Assembly (NCBI GenBank): GCA_041441465.1
Contig: JASDSY010000010.1
Coordinates: 105,883-169,882 of the forward strand
Length of the DNA stretch: 64,000 bases
Direction: 5' to 3'
Origin: Candidatus Wallbacteria bacterium
GTDB lineage: Bacteria > Muiribacteriota > UBA9980
Below are positions 48,072 through 57,760 of the stretch, in pieces. The notes below the pieces were generated by a model. That model was not told where the DNA came from. It saw only the letters and a program-made list of their open reading frames with translations, and ran no database searches. Both the position numbers and the translations under genes were made by a program. Position 1 is the first letter of the stretch, and every line of letters starts with the position of its first letter.

Positions 48072-48992
48072 TTATTCAGGCACTTTGAAGCGTAAAATCT
48101 TTTCGTCGTTAGATACATTTGAAATTTCGATTTCATAAGCGTTGGAATCAAGTTTTACGACATTGCCGCGGCCTGCTATGAATTTATCAAGCGTATCGAT
48201 TATTATGTTGCCGGCGGTTTTTTCAGTTTTATAATGCATCGGAATTATTATTTTAGGCGAGATAAGCCTTATTACTTCCCAGGCGTCAAACGCATCGATA
48301 GTAAAATAACCGCCGACCGGCACCATCAGCACATCAACCCGCCCGATTTTCGAAAGCTGCTGATCATTTAAAACATGGCCGAGATCACCAAGGTGCGCGA
48401 TCCTGAAATTATTAAATGAAATTATGCTTACAAGGTTTTCTCCGCGTTTTTTGCCGTTTTCTTTATCATGATATGTAAGTACCTGCTCAATATTCACCGC
48501 GCCGCAGCTATATGTTCCGGCATTTTTAAATTCCTGGTAAGCGCCGGTTAAACGGCCCGTATAATTATGATCAAAATGCGAATGAGAAATTACGCAGCCG
48601 TCGCATCTTAAAGCTTTCGGCACTGTATAACCGCTGTCCTCGTTGAATGGATCGATTACGATTTTCTGTCCGCCGATTTCAACTAAAAACATGGAATGCC
48701 CAAACCATGTAATCGTCACGCTGTCTGTTTTATTTTTCTTAGCTTCATTTTTAGCGCTTGTTTCCATAGTATCCGAACCGGAATGATCTTTTTCAGGCGA
48801 ATTTTCTTCCGCGCTCGAAGCCGGATCAGGTTTATTTTTGCCGGCCGAATCCGCCGCTTCCGCATTTTTATAATTCATAAAAATTACTCCGCAAAAGAAC
48901 AATATAAAAAACATAACCATAAAAGTTTTTAAACTCCGCATAATTAATATATTAAATTCAATCATATACATAAAGCCCCTTGTTTTATTCAA
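48072..48992 (-). CDS. MBL-fold metallo-hydrolase, secreted/membrane-anchored
   Basis: 306 aa; HxHxDH motif (ISHSHFDHN); N-terminal hydrophobic segment. Confidence 0.65.
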   Translation of the reverse strand: MNKTRGFMYMIEFNILIMRSLKTFMVMFFILFFCGVIFMNYKNAEAADSAGKNKPDPASSAEENSPEKDHSGSDTMETSAKNEAKKNKTDSVTITWFGHSMFLVEIGGQKIVIDPFNEDSGYTVPKALRCDGCVISHSHFDHNYTGRLTGAYQEFKNAGTYSCGAVNIEQVLTYHDKENGKKRGENLVSIISFNNFRIAHLGDLGHVLNDQQLSKIGRVDVLMVPVGGYFTIDAFDAWEVIRLISPKIIIPMHYKTEKTAGNIIIDTLDKFIAGRGNVVKLDSNAYEIEISNVSNDEKILRFKVPE

Positions 48993-49004
48993 TAATTTAT
49001 AATT

Positions 49005-49748
49005 TTACTTTTTTTCCGTCCCTTCATCTTTTTTATCATCAGTTTTTATTTTTTCTTCCTTGCCGCTATCATTATCTTTGGCATTATTTTCGGATTTTTT
49101 AGAGCCCGACGGCTTTTTAAAAAGCTCTTCATTCTGAATTCCGAAGTTATAATCATTAAAATCAGCTTCAGCCAATAACTTGCCGGTTTCGTTATATACC
49201 CTTTCCTGAATGATCAAGTTCTCTTTAGTATCGATGGTTAATTCGCACTTTATCTTCAAATCTTTATTCAAATATGAATATATCATATTTTCGCCGCTTA
49301 CAGATTCGTTAAACCCATATTTTTTAAATTTCTCAAGCTCGTTTTCAGGCACGGCAGAGTCTACCGTCATTTCCTTCGATTCATCATATATCCATGCTTT
49401 CTCTTCATTTACAACGGTAATCGTTCTTTTTCCTTTATTATCCGAATCGATTCTATAAACGCCGGGATTTTTGTAATAAACTTTTATGCGGCCCAGTTCT
49501 TTGCTTTCGAGCGTATACGAAACATTACCAGTCGAACGGGCATAAGCTTTTTTCAAATACTCGGGAATGGTTTTACCGTCATAACTCTTGACTTCAGCAG
49601 TATCAGAAGCGGCTGCATTTATTTTATCTTCAGTTTTCACTTCTTTTTTTATATCGTGTTCCTCGCCGAAACATAGAGCGGCACGCGAAAATAACAACAA
49701 TAAAATAATAATAAACAAAGTTATCCTATTTTTTTTCATAAAAAGCAA
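49005..49748 (-). CDS. hypothetical secreted protein with Lys/Glu-rich C-terminal tail
   Basis: 247 aa; signal peptide; first gene of a 4-gene minus-strand block. Confidence 0.45.
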   Translation of the reverse strand: MLFMKKNRITLFIIILLLLFSRAALCFGEEHDIKKEVKTEDKINAAASDTAEVKSYDGKTIPEYLKKAYARSTGNVSYTLESKELGRIKVYYKNPGVYRIDSDNKGKRTITVVNEEKAWIYDESKEMTVDSAVPENELEKFKKYGFNESVSGENMIYSYLNKDLKIKCELTIDTKENLIIQERVYNETGKLLAEADFNDYNFGIQNEELFKKPSGSKKSENNAKDNDSGKEEKIKTDDKKDEGTEKK

Positions 49749-49822
49749 TACACTCCATATTTTATATCTCGCTTATCTCAAGTAAAAAAAGCACATACCA
49801 ATTTTGCTTGTAATTTTTTAGG

Positions 49823-50485
49823 CTAATAAAATAAAAATAAAAATATCGTTTTTAACACATTATAAACTAAAACCAGCCCGAATCCCGTAAAAATAGAAGC
49901 ACATAAAAATGATATCAACTCAAAGACAGAATTATTTATATATTTTTTCCCTTTATGGATAATATGGCTTAAAATATAAAACCATAACAGCGACCCGGCA
50001 AGAACCCCAAGCGTAAAATACCATATTCCGCCGTAAACTTTTATAAAGGACGATTGCACGGTTCCCAGAAAAACTATCCAGAACCCTAAAACCATCGGAT
50101 TAGAAGTATTAATCATAAATCCCATGAGAACCGGATCACGCTTCGAACCTGAATAATTCAATTTTTGCATTATATCTTCTTTATTTTTCGAAAAAACACT
50201 TTTAAACCCGCTGATTCCAAGATTGATCATTATAATTGAACAAATAATCCACAAAAAAAACGTTATGACTTTAGAACCGAGAAATAATTTAGCGATTCCG
50301 AAATAAACAACAAGGCACAGCAATGCATCAGAAAGTCCGACTCCCAGACCGACTTTCATTCCAGCCTCAAACCCTTCACGAAGGCCGCGGCGCAATAGCT
50401 CAATATTTCCGGGTCCTATCGGAAGCGCGATCATCGCACCGTATATAGTTCCGACCATTATTACCTTTAAAATCGCTAATATCAT
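49823..50485 (-). CDS. LysE/RhtB-type amino-acid exporter family protein
   Basis: 220 aa polytopic membrane protein; N-terminal IALPIGPGNIELL region. Confidence 0.5.
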   Translation of the reverse strand: MILAILKVIMVGTIYGAMIALPIGPGNIELLRRGLREGFEAGMKVGLGVGLSDALLCLVVYFGIAKLFLGSKVITFFLWIICSIIMINLGISGFKSVFSKNKEDIMQKLNYSGSKRDPVLMGFMINTSNPMVLGFWIVFLGTVQSSFIKVYGGIWYFTLGVLAGSLLWFYILSHIIHKGKKYINNSVFELISFLCASIFTGFGLVLVYNVLKTIFLFLFY

Positions 50486-50676
50486 CAGTTTAATTTTATC
50501 ATTTTTTAAGCTTTTTTACAATAAAAAACTTTTAAGGTCATGTTTTAAAACTAAACAAAAAAATACGCATATTGGAATTTATCCAATGCGTATTTTTTAT
50601 GTGCTTTTTTATTTTAATAAATGTATTAAATTTTTATATTAGCAGAAAATATATTCGAGAGCTTTTTTATCACTGT

Positions 50677-53600
50677 TTATTCAGTCTTAAACTGCCACTT
50701 TAACGGCATCAATGACTGCCCTGTCGTGTTCTTTATTCCCGCATTAAGGGTTACTTCATAGCGGGTGCCGTAATTTAAAGGCTGCGCCGGCCTGAATATT
50801 AATTTTTTCATGCGCTGATTGTACAGGATTTTGCCATTAACGGTGCCTTCAGCGCCTGTTACTATAAAATTAACCCCGTTCAGCGTAGCTACATCGGCAT
50901 CCTGGCTGAACACTACAGTAATAGTGCTGTTCAACTTTATCTTTTCGGAGTTTTTATTAGGATAGATCGCCGTAATATAAAACTGCGAAGCGCTCTGTTC
51001 ATTGCCGTATGAAGTCGAAAGCTGAGGCTCGAAAGTATTGAATGTAGTCAGCTCTTTCTGTTTTCTAGCTTTTTGGATATTTTCCGGCGTTATTACTTCG
51101 TTTCTGTTGTTCTTTATAAGTCCTTCCTTTTGAGCCTGAATTATCGGATTATCCGAATTATCAGCCATTATTTCATCCACTGCCATGCCGTTTATTGTTC
51201 CTTTAGGGCCGGACGCCGGATTGGTTTCTGAAGCCGCCGCGACCATGTTGCCGTTAGCTAATCCGGAGGCAGGTTTCACAAAAGCCGCCGGTGACGCATC
51301 GGACGCTGTGGCGACGTTATCAGGAACCGCGCGGGCCACCATATTTTTTAAAGCCGCATTTTCAGCCTGTGCGTCAGGTCCGAATGCCTCATACTCGCCT
51401 GCCTGAGGCGCCGCAGAAACTGACTGGACCTGAGGCTGATCATTATTAGCCGCAACCGGTTTTACAAAATTACCGGAATCATTATTGCCTGTTCCGGCTA
51501 AAACTATGTTTTGACCCGAGGCCGTGACATTTACCAAATCCTGTTTTAAAATCGGCCCGGCCGGATTTTCTGAAAGATATGGAGCTTTAATACCAGGCTG
51601 TGCCTGAACCGCCGCAATATTAGCATCTGTTTTGGCTTGATAAGCATTTCCGGCCTGGACCGCTATATCATCTTTCAACGGCGATTCAATTAAACTGTCA
51701 ATAGAATTATTACCGGCGTATAATCCGGCCGGCTGGACTGCCGCTGAAACCTGCGCTGCCTGCGGCCTGCCGTCAATGCGGCCGCCGTTCATCGAAATCG
51801 GTTTTTTATACTGCATCGGAGTATTTTTTAACTGATCAGGCTGGCTGTTATCGCCATCCTGGATTTTTTTATCCTCGCTGCCGTATTGCTCCACTTTTTC
51901 AAGATTTATCAAATCGGCGTCATCGCCTATTAATTTAGGCTGCTGAGGTTTTTGCATCGTTTCAACCGGATTATCCGAATTAATCGAGTTTTCTTTTGAA
52001 GGCGGTTCCGACATCTGTACAAAAACCGATTTAGGGTTCCTGTATTCCTGTGCCTGCATTATACCGTCTTCTCTTGTATATTTCACATTCTGGCCGTTAA
52101 ATTTTGTCGCGACATCCTGTCTTATTTTTTCAGCTGCAGGCGATCTCTTTTCTTCTTCACTTCCTGCAATCGGAATCTTCGGAGTCATTTCTTCGGGACG
52201 CATCATTTCACGGTCAGGGTTAGGCGTAATATTATTTCCCATACCGTTGGCATAGGCATCAGCTACAGGTTCGCTGTTCGAAGGCAAAGCATCGATAGCT
52301 GCACCCATTTTAGCCTGCGCTTTGGAATCATCGGATAAAAATTTAGCTATCTGGTCCTTTAACGTTTCGGCCGCCGCGTCATCAATAACGTCCGTCTGGT
52401 CAACCGTATCTTTTATTCTTTTCGCATTCACTTTTCCATAAGCGCCCTTATCCGAAACTGAATGACGCAGTGCCATTTCATCCGGCGGAGTATCGTCAAC
52501 TATTTCAGAATTATCTATAGTGTCTTTTACGCTTTTAGCCGTGACTTTACCGTATGCGCCCTTGTCAGAAGCAGAAAGTCTGTCTTTGACATCTGCGATA
52601 GGAACTATTTGCCTTAATTTTGTTTCTTTAGGATAATTAACATTCATCTGCTGACCAATTTCACTCATAGCTTCGGCGCTTGCCGCGGTCTTCTCGCCCA
52701 TCGGCGCGATGGCCTCCGAACCCATAGCTTTTTGAACCTTAATCTGCATGCTGGCGTCTTCGCCGGCCGCTACCGATGTCACGTTTCCCTTAGTCATACC
52801 GGCAGTTTTCAAACCGCTTCCCGTTTTAAATTTCCACATCTGCGGTTCTGAAAGAGTCATGCCTTCCTTATCTTCGACAGTTTTTGCAATTGTCACATTA
52901 TAAAGCGTATTCGGCGACAATGTATTCCATGGGGTAAACGATGCCGTCGTCGTGGCGTCATCGTATGTAACCCGCCCCTGGACAGCTCTTGTTCCATCCG
53001 TCACGAAAAATGAAAAAGGCGTTATTGTACTGCCTTTCATCCTGCGGTCGAAAGTAACCGAAATCACAGGCGATAATTCTATATCGAACCCGTCTCTATC
53101 GGGTTTGAGACCTATAATCGCCGGACCTCTTCCCGACCAGCTTTTGCCTACCAGAAATTTCCATTTCTTTTCACGCTGCATATAATTACTCGATAAATCC
53201 ATTACGCCTTTTGTAACAACCGCGGTATAAGCCGCGCCCTCTTCGAGAGGCTGACGCGGAGTGAATATAGCTTTTTTCTGGGCTGAATCGTAATAAATTT
53301 TTCCGGGCACTTCCGCTTCGCTGTTTAAGACCCTGAACGTAAACGAGTTGAGTGAAAAATCTTTTATAGCTTCATCAAACGATGCGGTTATCTGCGAAGA
53401 GGCAGGCACATTGTCAGAATTATCGCGAGGCGCGACACTAATAACATTCGGGCCGGTAATATCTTTACTCATGCTCTTCGGTTCATCGAACATTTTTTTC
53501 ATGTTAGCGGAAGCGATTTGTTTCAATGTCGAAAACTCCCAGCTGTTTGGCTGGCCAAGTCTGCTGCCCTGTATGTCCTCGATTTTTTCCGAAAGCGTAA

Positions 53601-54954
53601 CCCTGTATTTACGGTTGACCTTAAGCGCCCCCGAAGGCGTATAGACCGCGGTTTTGGTTTTCTGGTTATATTCGACTTTGCCGAATATATATTCATCGCC
53701 GTCCTGCAGAGAAAAATTGAAAATATTAAATGAGGCTGGATTCATTTTTTTATTAAATTTAACTATTATTTTTTCGTCGAGATTTATCATATCAGCGCCG
53801 GGAGCAGGAAACATCTCGATAATTTCAAACTTGCCTGCTTTTCCGTCACCGGCAATTTCATCTTCCGCGACGACAGGTTCATCTTCGTCCGCGCCTGATT
53901 CACCCTTGTCTTTTTTTATTTTAGCCATTAATTTCTGTATTTTAGGATTAGCCGAAAGGCGTTCTGAAGTTTTACTAACCGCGGGTTCGTCTTCTTCAGC
54001 AGCGTTTTCATTTTCAACTGCCGCTGCAATCTTTCCTCTGGCAGCAGGATTTTTTATCTTCGAAGAAGTTTTCGCACTTTTTTTAACGCTTTCAGCGCCA
54101 CCGTCGGCCGAAATCACAGTCCCGGCAATACGGGCACTGCCGGTTTTAAAAGTATAAACATAATCACGTGACATTTTATTTTTAGAGGCATCGCATATTT
54201 CAGAGGATATTTTTACTTCATGAACCGCGTTAGGTTTCAAATTATTAAGCGGTGAAAATATAGCTTTATTTACGTCATCAAAATAGCGGATAGCGCCCGC
54301 AATTTTTTCGCGGCCGCATTTCACTGTAATAGTATTTTCATTTATAGAAGCCTCATACATTTTCTTGTTGAATATGACTTCGAGTTTAGTGTCAACCGGC
54401 ACGCCTGATGCCGAAACAGTCGGCGACACATCGGCTACGACCGGCGGATTGGAATCGACTTTTTTTACGGTCCTGAATTTCCACACTTTATCGGATGTCA
54501 TTGTCTTGCCGTTAAGGTCCCTTATGGTCCTGCTTATCGTTAAGAAATATCCGTGATCGGGCTGCAAATTTTCAAGAGGCGATACGGTCACTTTCATAAG
54601 TTCGCTGTTATAACGCACGGTAGTCGATATATCAGAAACTCCGTCATTCAACGTAACAGTAAACTCATTAATATCTTCATCCTGCATTTTTTTATTGAAT
54701 ATCGCCATGATTTTAACATCGAGCGCTACATCTTCGTCGTTATCTTCAGGCAGCGTTCTCACGACAGAAGGCGCCGCACCGCCTTCATTCGTTTCTTTTT
54801 CAGCCTGCTTTGCCTTTGCGGCAGCAAAAGCGGCACCGGTATTTAAAATATAAAAAACGAAAAAAACGGCTATAATCAAAAACACGCAGCCTGATGGCCG
54901 AAGTTTTTTTCTAACCGATGTACCGCCTTTTTCTTTTAATAATTCTGATCTCAT
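50677..54954 (-). CDS. giant secreted surface protein with multiple Ig-like (SbsA/Big-type) repeats
   Basis: 1425 aa; signal peptide; at least six recurrent repeat units of about 90-100 aa; long low-complexity Ala/Gln/Asn-rich central region. Confidence 0.6.
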   Translation of the reverse strand: MRSELLKEKGGTSVRKKLRPSGCVFLIIAVFFVFYILNTGAAFAAAKAKQAEKETNEGGAAPSVVRTLPEDNDEDVALDVKIMAIFNKKMQDEDINEFTVTLNDGVSDISTTVRYNSELMKVTVSPLENLQPDHGYFLTISRTIRDLNGKTMTSDKVWKFRTVKKVDSNPPVVADVSPTVSASGVPVDTKLEVIFNKKMYEASINENTITVKCGREKIAGAIRYFDDVNKAIFSPLNNLKPNAVHEVKISSEICDASKNKMSRDYVYTFKTGSARIAGTVISADGGAESVKKSAKTSSKIKNPAARGKIAAAVENENAAEEDEPAVSKTSERLSANPKIQKLMAKIKKDKGESGADEDEPVVAEDEIAGDGKAGKFEIIEMFPAPGADMINLDEKIIVKFNKKMNPASFNIFNFSLQDGDEYIFGKVEYNQKTKTAVYTPSGALKVNRKYRVTLSEKIEDIQGSRLGQPNSWEFSTLKQIASANMKKMFDEPKSMSKDITGPNVISVAPRDNSDNVPASSQITASFDEAIKDFSLNSFTFRVLNSEAEVPGKIYYDSAQKKAIFTPRQPLEEGAAYTAVVTKGVMDLSSNYMQREKKWKFLVGKSWSGRGPAIIGLKPDRDGFDIELSPVISVTFDRRMKGSTITPFSFFVTDGTRAVQGRVTYDDATTTASFTPWNTLSPNTLYNVTIAKTVEDKEGMTLSEPQMWKFKTGSGLKTAGMTKGNVTSVAAGEDASMQIKVQKAMGSEAIAPMGEKTAASAEAMSEIGQQMNVNYPKETKLRQIVPIADVKDRLSASDKGAYGKVTAKSVKDTIDNSEIVDDTPPDEMALRHSVSDKGAYGKVNAKRIKDTVDQTDVIDDAAAETLKDQIAKFLSDDSKAQAKMGAAIDALPSNSEPVADAYANGMGNNITPNPDREMMRPEEMTPKIPIAGSEEEKRSPAAEKIRQDVATKFNGQNVKYTREDGIMQAQEYRNPKSVFVQMSEPPSKENSINSDNPVETMQKPQQPKLIGDDADLINLEKVEQYGSEDKKIQDGDNSQPDQLKNTPMQYKKPISMNGGRIDGRPQAAQVSAAVQPAGLYAGNNSIDSLIESPLKDDIAVQAGNAYQAKTDANIAAVQAQPGIKAPYLSENPAGPILKQDLVNVTASGQNIVLAGTGNNDSGNFVKPVAANNDQPQVQSVSAAPQAGEYEAFGPDAQAENAALKNMVARAVPDNVATASDASPAAFVKPASGLANGNMVAAASETNPASGPKGTINGMAVDEIMADNSDNPIIQAQKEGLIKNNRNEVITPENIQKARKQKELTTFNTFEPQLSTSYGNEQSASQFYITAIYPNKNSEKIKLNSTITVVFSQDADVATLNGVNFIVTGAEGTVNGKILYNQRMKKLIFRPAQPLNYGTRYEVTLNAGIKNTTGQSLMPLKWQFKTE

Positions 54955-55203
54955 TATTTCTTACGCCTCTTTTATTTTATTGTTTTTATAAAATAAAAAA
55001 TGAAAATTAAAAATATAATTACACTTATATCTTCATATATTTCGTAATAATAATGAAAAAGTTTAGCTTTTTTTCAAGATAAAGCGGCCAGGACTTTGTC
55101 AGATGATTCGATGAGCCTGCCCGAGTCTGAAATAAGTATCTTTGCTTTCGGCACATGAAATGTAATAATAAAAAAATAGCAGTATGGGTGGAGGATTATA
55201 AAG

Positions 55204-55264
55204 GGGCGGTAAGGAATAATTCCTTACCGCCCACTTATCAAAAAAACAATGACTCATTGTTTTT
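55204..55264 (-). terminator. tandem hairpins downstream of the 55302-55856 gene
   Basis: perfect 13-bp palindrome gggcggtaaggaa-taa-ttccttaccgccc (55204-55232) plus an A/T-flanked hairpin aacaatg/cattgtt (55241-55264). Confidence 0.5.
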
Positions 55265-55301
55265 ATATTCATTTTAAAATGAGGTAATGAAATAGTATTT
55301 A

Positions 55302-55856
55302 TTAATAAAACCTAATAAACATGCTTACCGCGTATTCAGCAATTCTAAAAGCCAGGTAAGAAATAACAACGGTTGCGACTATATTTTTAGGATCCCTCAT
55401 ATCATGCGCCTCTGCGCAGGCCACATATTCAACGAGTATCGTCAGCACCTGCATCGGATAATACAGAATGCCAAAAAATCTTATTAATGAACGGAAAAGC
55501 GCCAGCGGAAAAGAAATCAAGCCGAAAGCCACGGCTATATTTTGCGGAGTGCCGCGGCCGCCGAACGTCTGGCCTACAAAGTAAAAAGCAAGCATATTTA
55601 TGATCACGTTCAAATTAAAAGTTAAAAGAACGCCGGGAAGAATTTTATATGGTGAAATATAAACAAACTTATTATTGAGGTTAAAAGAATTAAACGCGCC
55701 GATAAAGCCCAGGGCTATGATGATATTTGCCAGGATAACTGAAGCCAGCGAATCAGCCAGAGCGTTTTCATCGACGGCTTTTTTTATGGCGCGCGGCAGT
55801 GATATGAACATTTCGATAAACCGGCCTATAAATTTATTTATATCAAAGTTTCCCAT
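55302..55856 (-). CDS. Yip1-like polytopic membrane protein (tentative)
   Basis: 184 aa with about 5 hydrophobic helices. Confidence 0.4.
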   Translation of the reverse strand: MGNFDINKFIGRFIEMFISLPRAIKKAVDENALADSLASVILANIIIALGFIGAFNSFNLNNKFVYISPYKILPGVLLTFNLNVIINMLAFYFVGQTFGGRGTPQNIAVAFGLISFPLALFRSLIRFFGILYYPMQVLTILVEYVACAEAHDMRDPKNIVATVVISYLAFRIAEYAVSMFIRFY

Positions 55857-55990
55857 GGGGCCTCCAGAATAAGTAATAAAAAAATATATCAGGTATATAC
55901 TTTAAATTTTAATAATTAAACTCCTGAGATAAAAACAAAAAAGTTATTTATGAATTTAGTTCAAATATTTTTAAAGTTAAGGCATTATTT

Positions 55991-57016
55991 TTAGCTGACG
56001 CTTTTAGAAATGCCTGTCAGCGTCTCAAACACGATTTTACGGAGTTTTGAGTTCTGGTAATTAATGCTGAAATCGACGGTGCCGTTTTCTACGAGGCTCT
56101 CCAATTCAACATTTTCACCAAGCAGTTCATTCAAGCGCTCTTCTGTAAAATCCTTAATAAAACTGAAATACTGCTCGCGCAGGCGTTTTTTTCTGATATC
56201 GGCGAATAATCCGCTTTTTTTCATATACCGGTCGTGCGCTTTTATTTTTTCGATAACTTCGCTCACGCCGTCGCCCGATATGCAGTTTGTTTTGACAATA
56301 GGAACGCTCCATTCGGAAACGATTCCGTCTTCACGGTTCTTATCTTCGCGAAGTTTCAGCATGTAATTAATTTCAGTGTAAACTTTTTCGACGCCGGTCC
56401 GGTCGCTTTTATTAATAACAAATATATCACCGATTTCAAAAAGTCCGGCTTTTATGGCCTGCACTTCATCGCCGAGTCCCGGCACTTCAGTCACAATAGT
56501 AGTATCTGTCATTTTAGCGACTTCGATCTCCAGTTGACCGACACCGACCGTTTCGACAATAATATAATTAAATCCGAATAATTCATAAATTCTCAAAACA
56601 TAAGGAATGCAGCGTGACATTCCACCCAGAGCGCCGCGCGTGCCCATGCTTCGAAAATAAAGATTAGGCGAAGTGAAATTAGACATTCTCACACGGTCGC
56701 CGAGTATCGCGCCGCCGGTGAACGGGCTTGAAGGATCGAAAGCTATAATTGCGATTTTCGCTTCCGGTTCTTTATTTAAAATCTCGCGCGATATTTTATC
56801 GACAAGCGTGCTTTTTCCAGCGCCCGGCGGCCCGGTAATGCCTATTATAGCCTGGTCAGGCGCGAGATAACTGGCAGGATTGCCGTTTTTATTCCTGAAA
56901 TGTTCTTCGAGTTTTGTCAATATCTCAAAGCCGTCATCGTCAAAATTTTCAACCGCCGTTATAAGTTTCGCCAGAGCGCGGTGATTGCCGTTCAAAAACT
57001 CATTATATATGTCCAT
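55991..57016 (-). CDS. meaB: MeaB/ArgK-type G-protein (methylmalonyl-CoA mutase-associated GTPase family)
   Basis: 341 aa; P-loop GITGPPGAGKST, VETVGVGQ and NKSD GTPase motifs. Confidence 0.7.
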   Translation of the reverse strand: MDIYNEFLNGNHRALAKLITAVENFDDDGFEILTKLEEHFRNKNGNPASYLAPDQAIIGITGPPGAGKSTLVDKISREILNKEPEAKIAIIAFDPSSPFTGGAILGDRVRMSNFTSPNLYFRSMGTRGALGGMSRCIPYVLRIYELFGFNYIIVETVGVGQLEIEVAKMTDTTIVTEVPGLGDEVQAIKAGLFEIGDIFVINKSDRTGVEKVYTEINYMLKLREDKNREDGIVSEWSVPIVKTNCISGDGVSEVIEKIKAHDRYMKKSGLFADIRKKRLREQYFSFIKDFTEERLNELLGENVELESLVENGTVDFSINYQNSKLRKIVFETLTGISKSVS

Positions 57017-57102
57017 TGTATCTGAAACTTCCTTTATTATTTTCTGTTGATGCCTTATCGATAATTATCATGCCAATTATTATTTTAATTTATTTCATGC
57101 AA

Positions 57103-57366
57103 TTATTTTCCGAATTTATAATGCTTTCTTACCTTTTCAATTACTGTCCATTCGCAGCTAAGCCCTTCGGGAAATACAACATAATCTCCGGCAGCGAATT
57201 CAACATTTTCTTTACCGGTTTTTATTTTTACTTTGCCGTCAAGAATAAGGCATATTTCCTGTTCGTCATAATGCCATGGAAATGTTTTAGGTTCGCATTC
57301 CCATATCGGCTCTTTTTTCATTTGATCAATTTCAGACTGTGAAGGTTTTTTTACTATTATCCGCAT
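57103..57366 (-). CDS. small single-domain cupin protein (cupin_3/DUF861-like)
   Basis: 87 aa; WECEP...DEQEICLILDGKVKI...GDYVVFPEG pattern. Confidence 0.55.
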   Translation of the reverse strand: MRIIVKKPSQSEIDQMKKEPIWECEPKTFPWHYDEQEICLILDGKVKIKTGKENVEFAAGDYVVFPEGLSCEWTVIEKVRKHYKFGK

Positions 57367-57760
57367 CGTTATAACCCTCCGATTGATTATTTTTTAGTAT
57401 ATTAGCATAAAAACAATATAAATACAATATGAGAATATAACATGTGATTGTGATAATGTAATATCAAAAATATCTAAATACATAAAACTAATATTTACAG
57501 TCATACATAAAATCTAACTTCTTCAGTCAGCGCTTCCATCAACTTCTTCTTGTATGAATCTATGTTTTATGATAAACTTTATTTTTAAATTTATCTTTAC
57601 CAAAATAATAAAATATCTAAACAGTAAAGAATAATTTTTTATAACTAAAACTATAAGCCTTCTATTAAATCCTGAACAAAATTTAATGTTATAACGCCAA
57701 AATAAACCGTTCTTTTCGAATTAATAATTAAAAAGCTAAATAAAAATTGGAGATTTAAAT

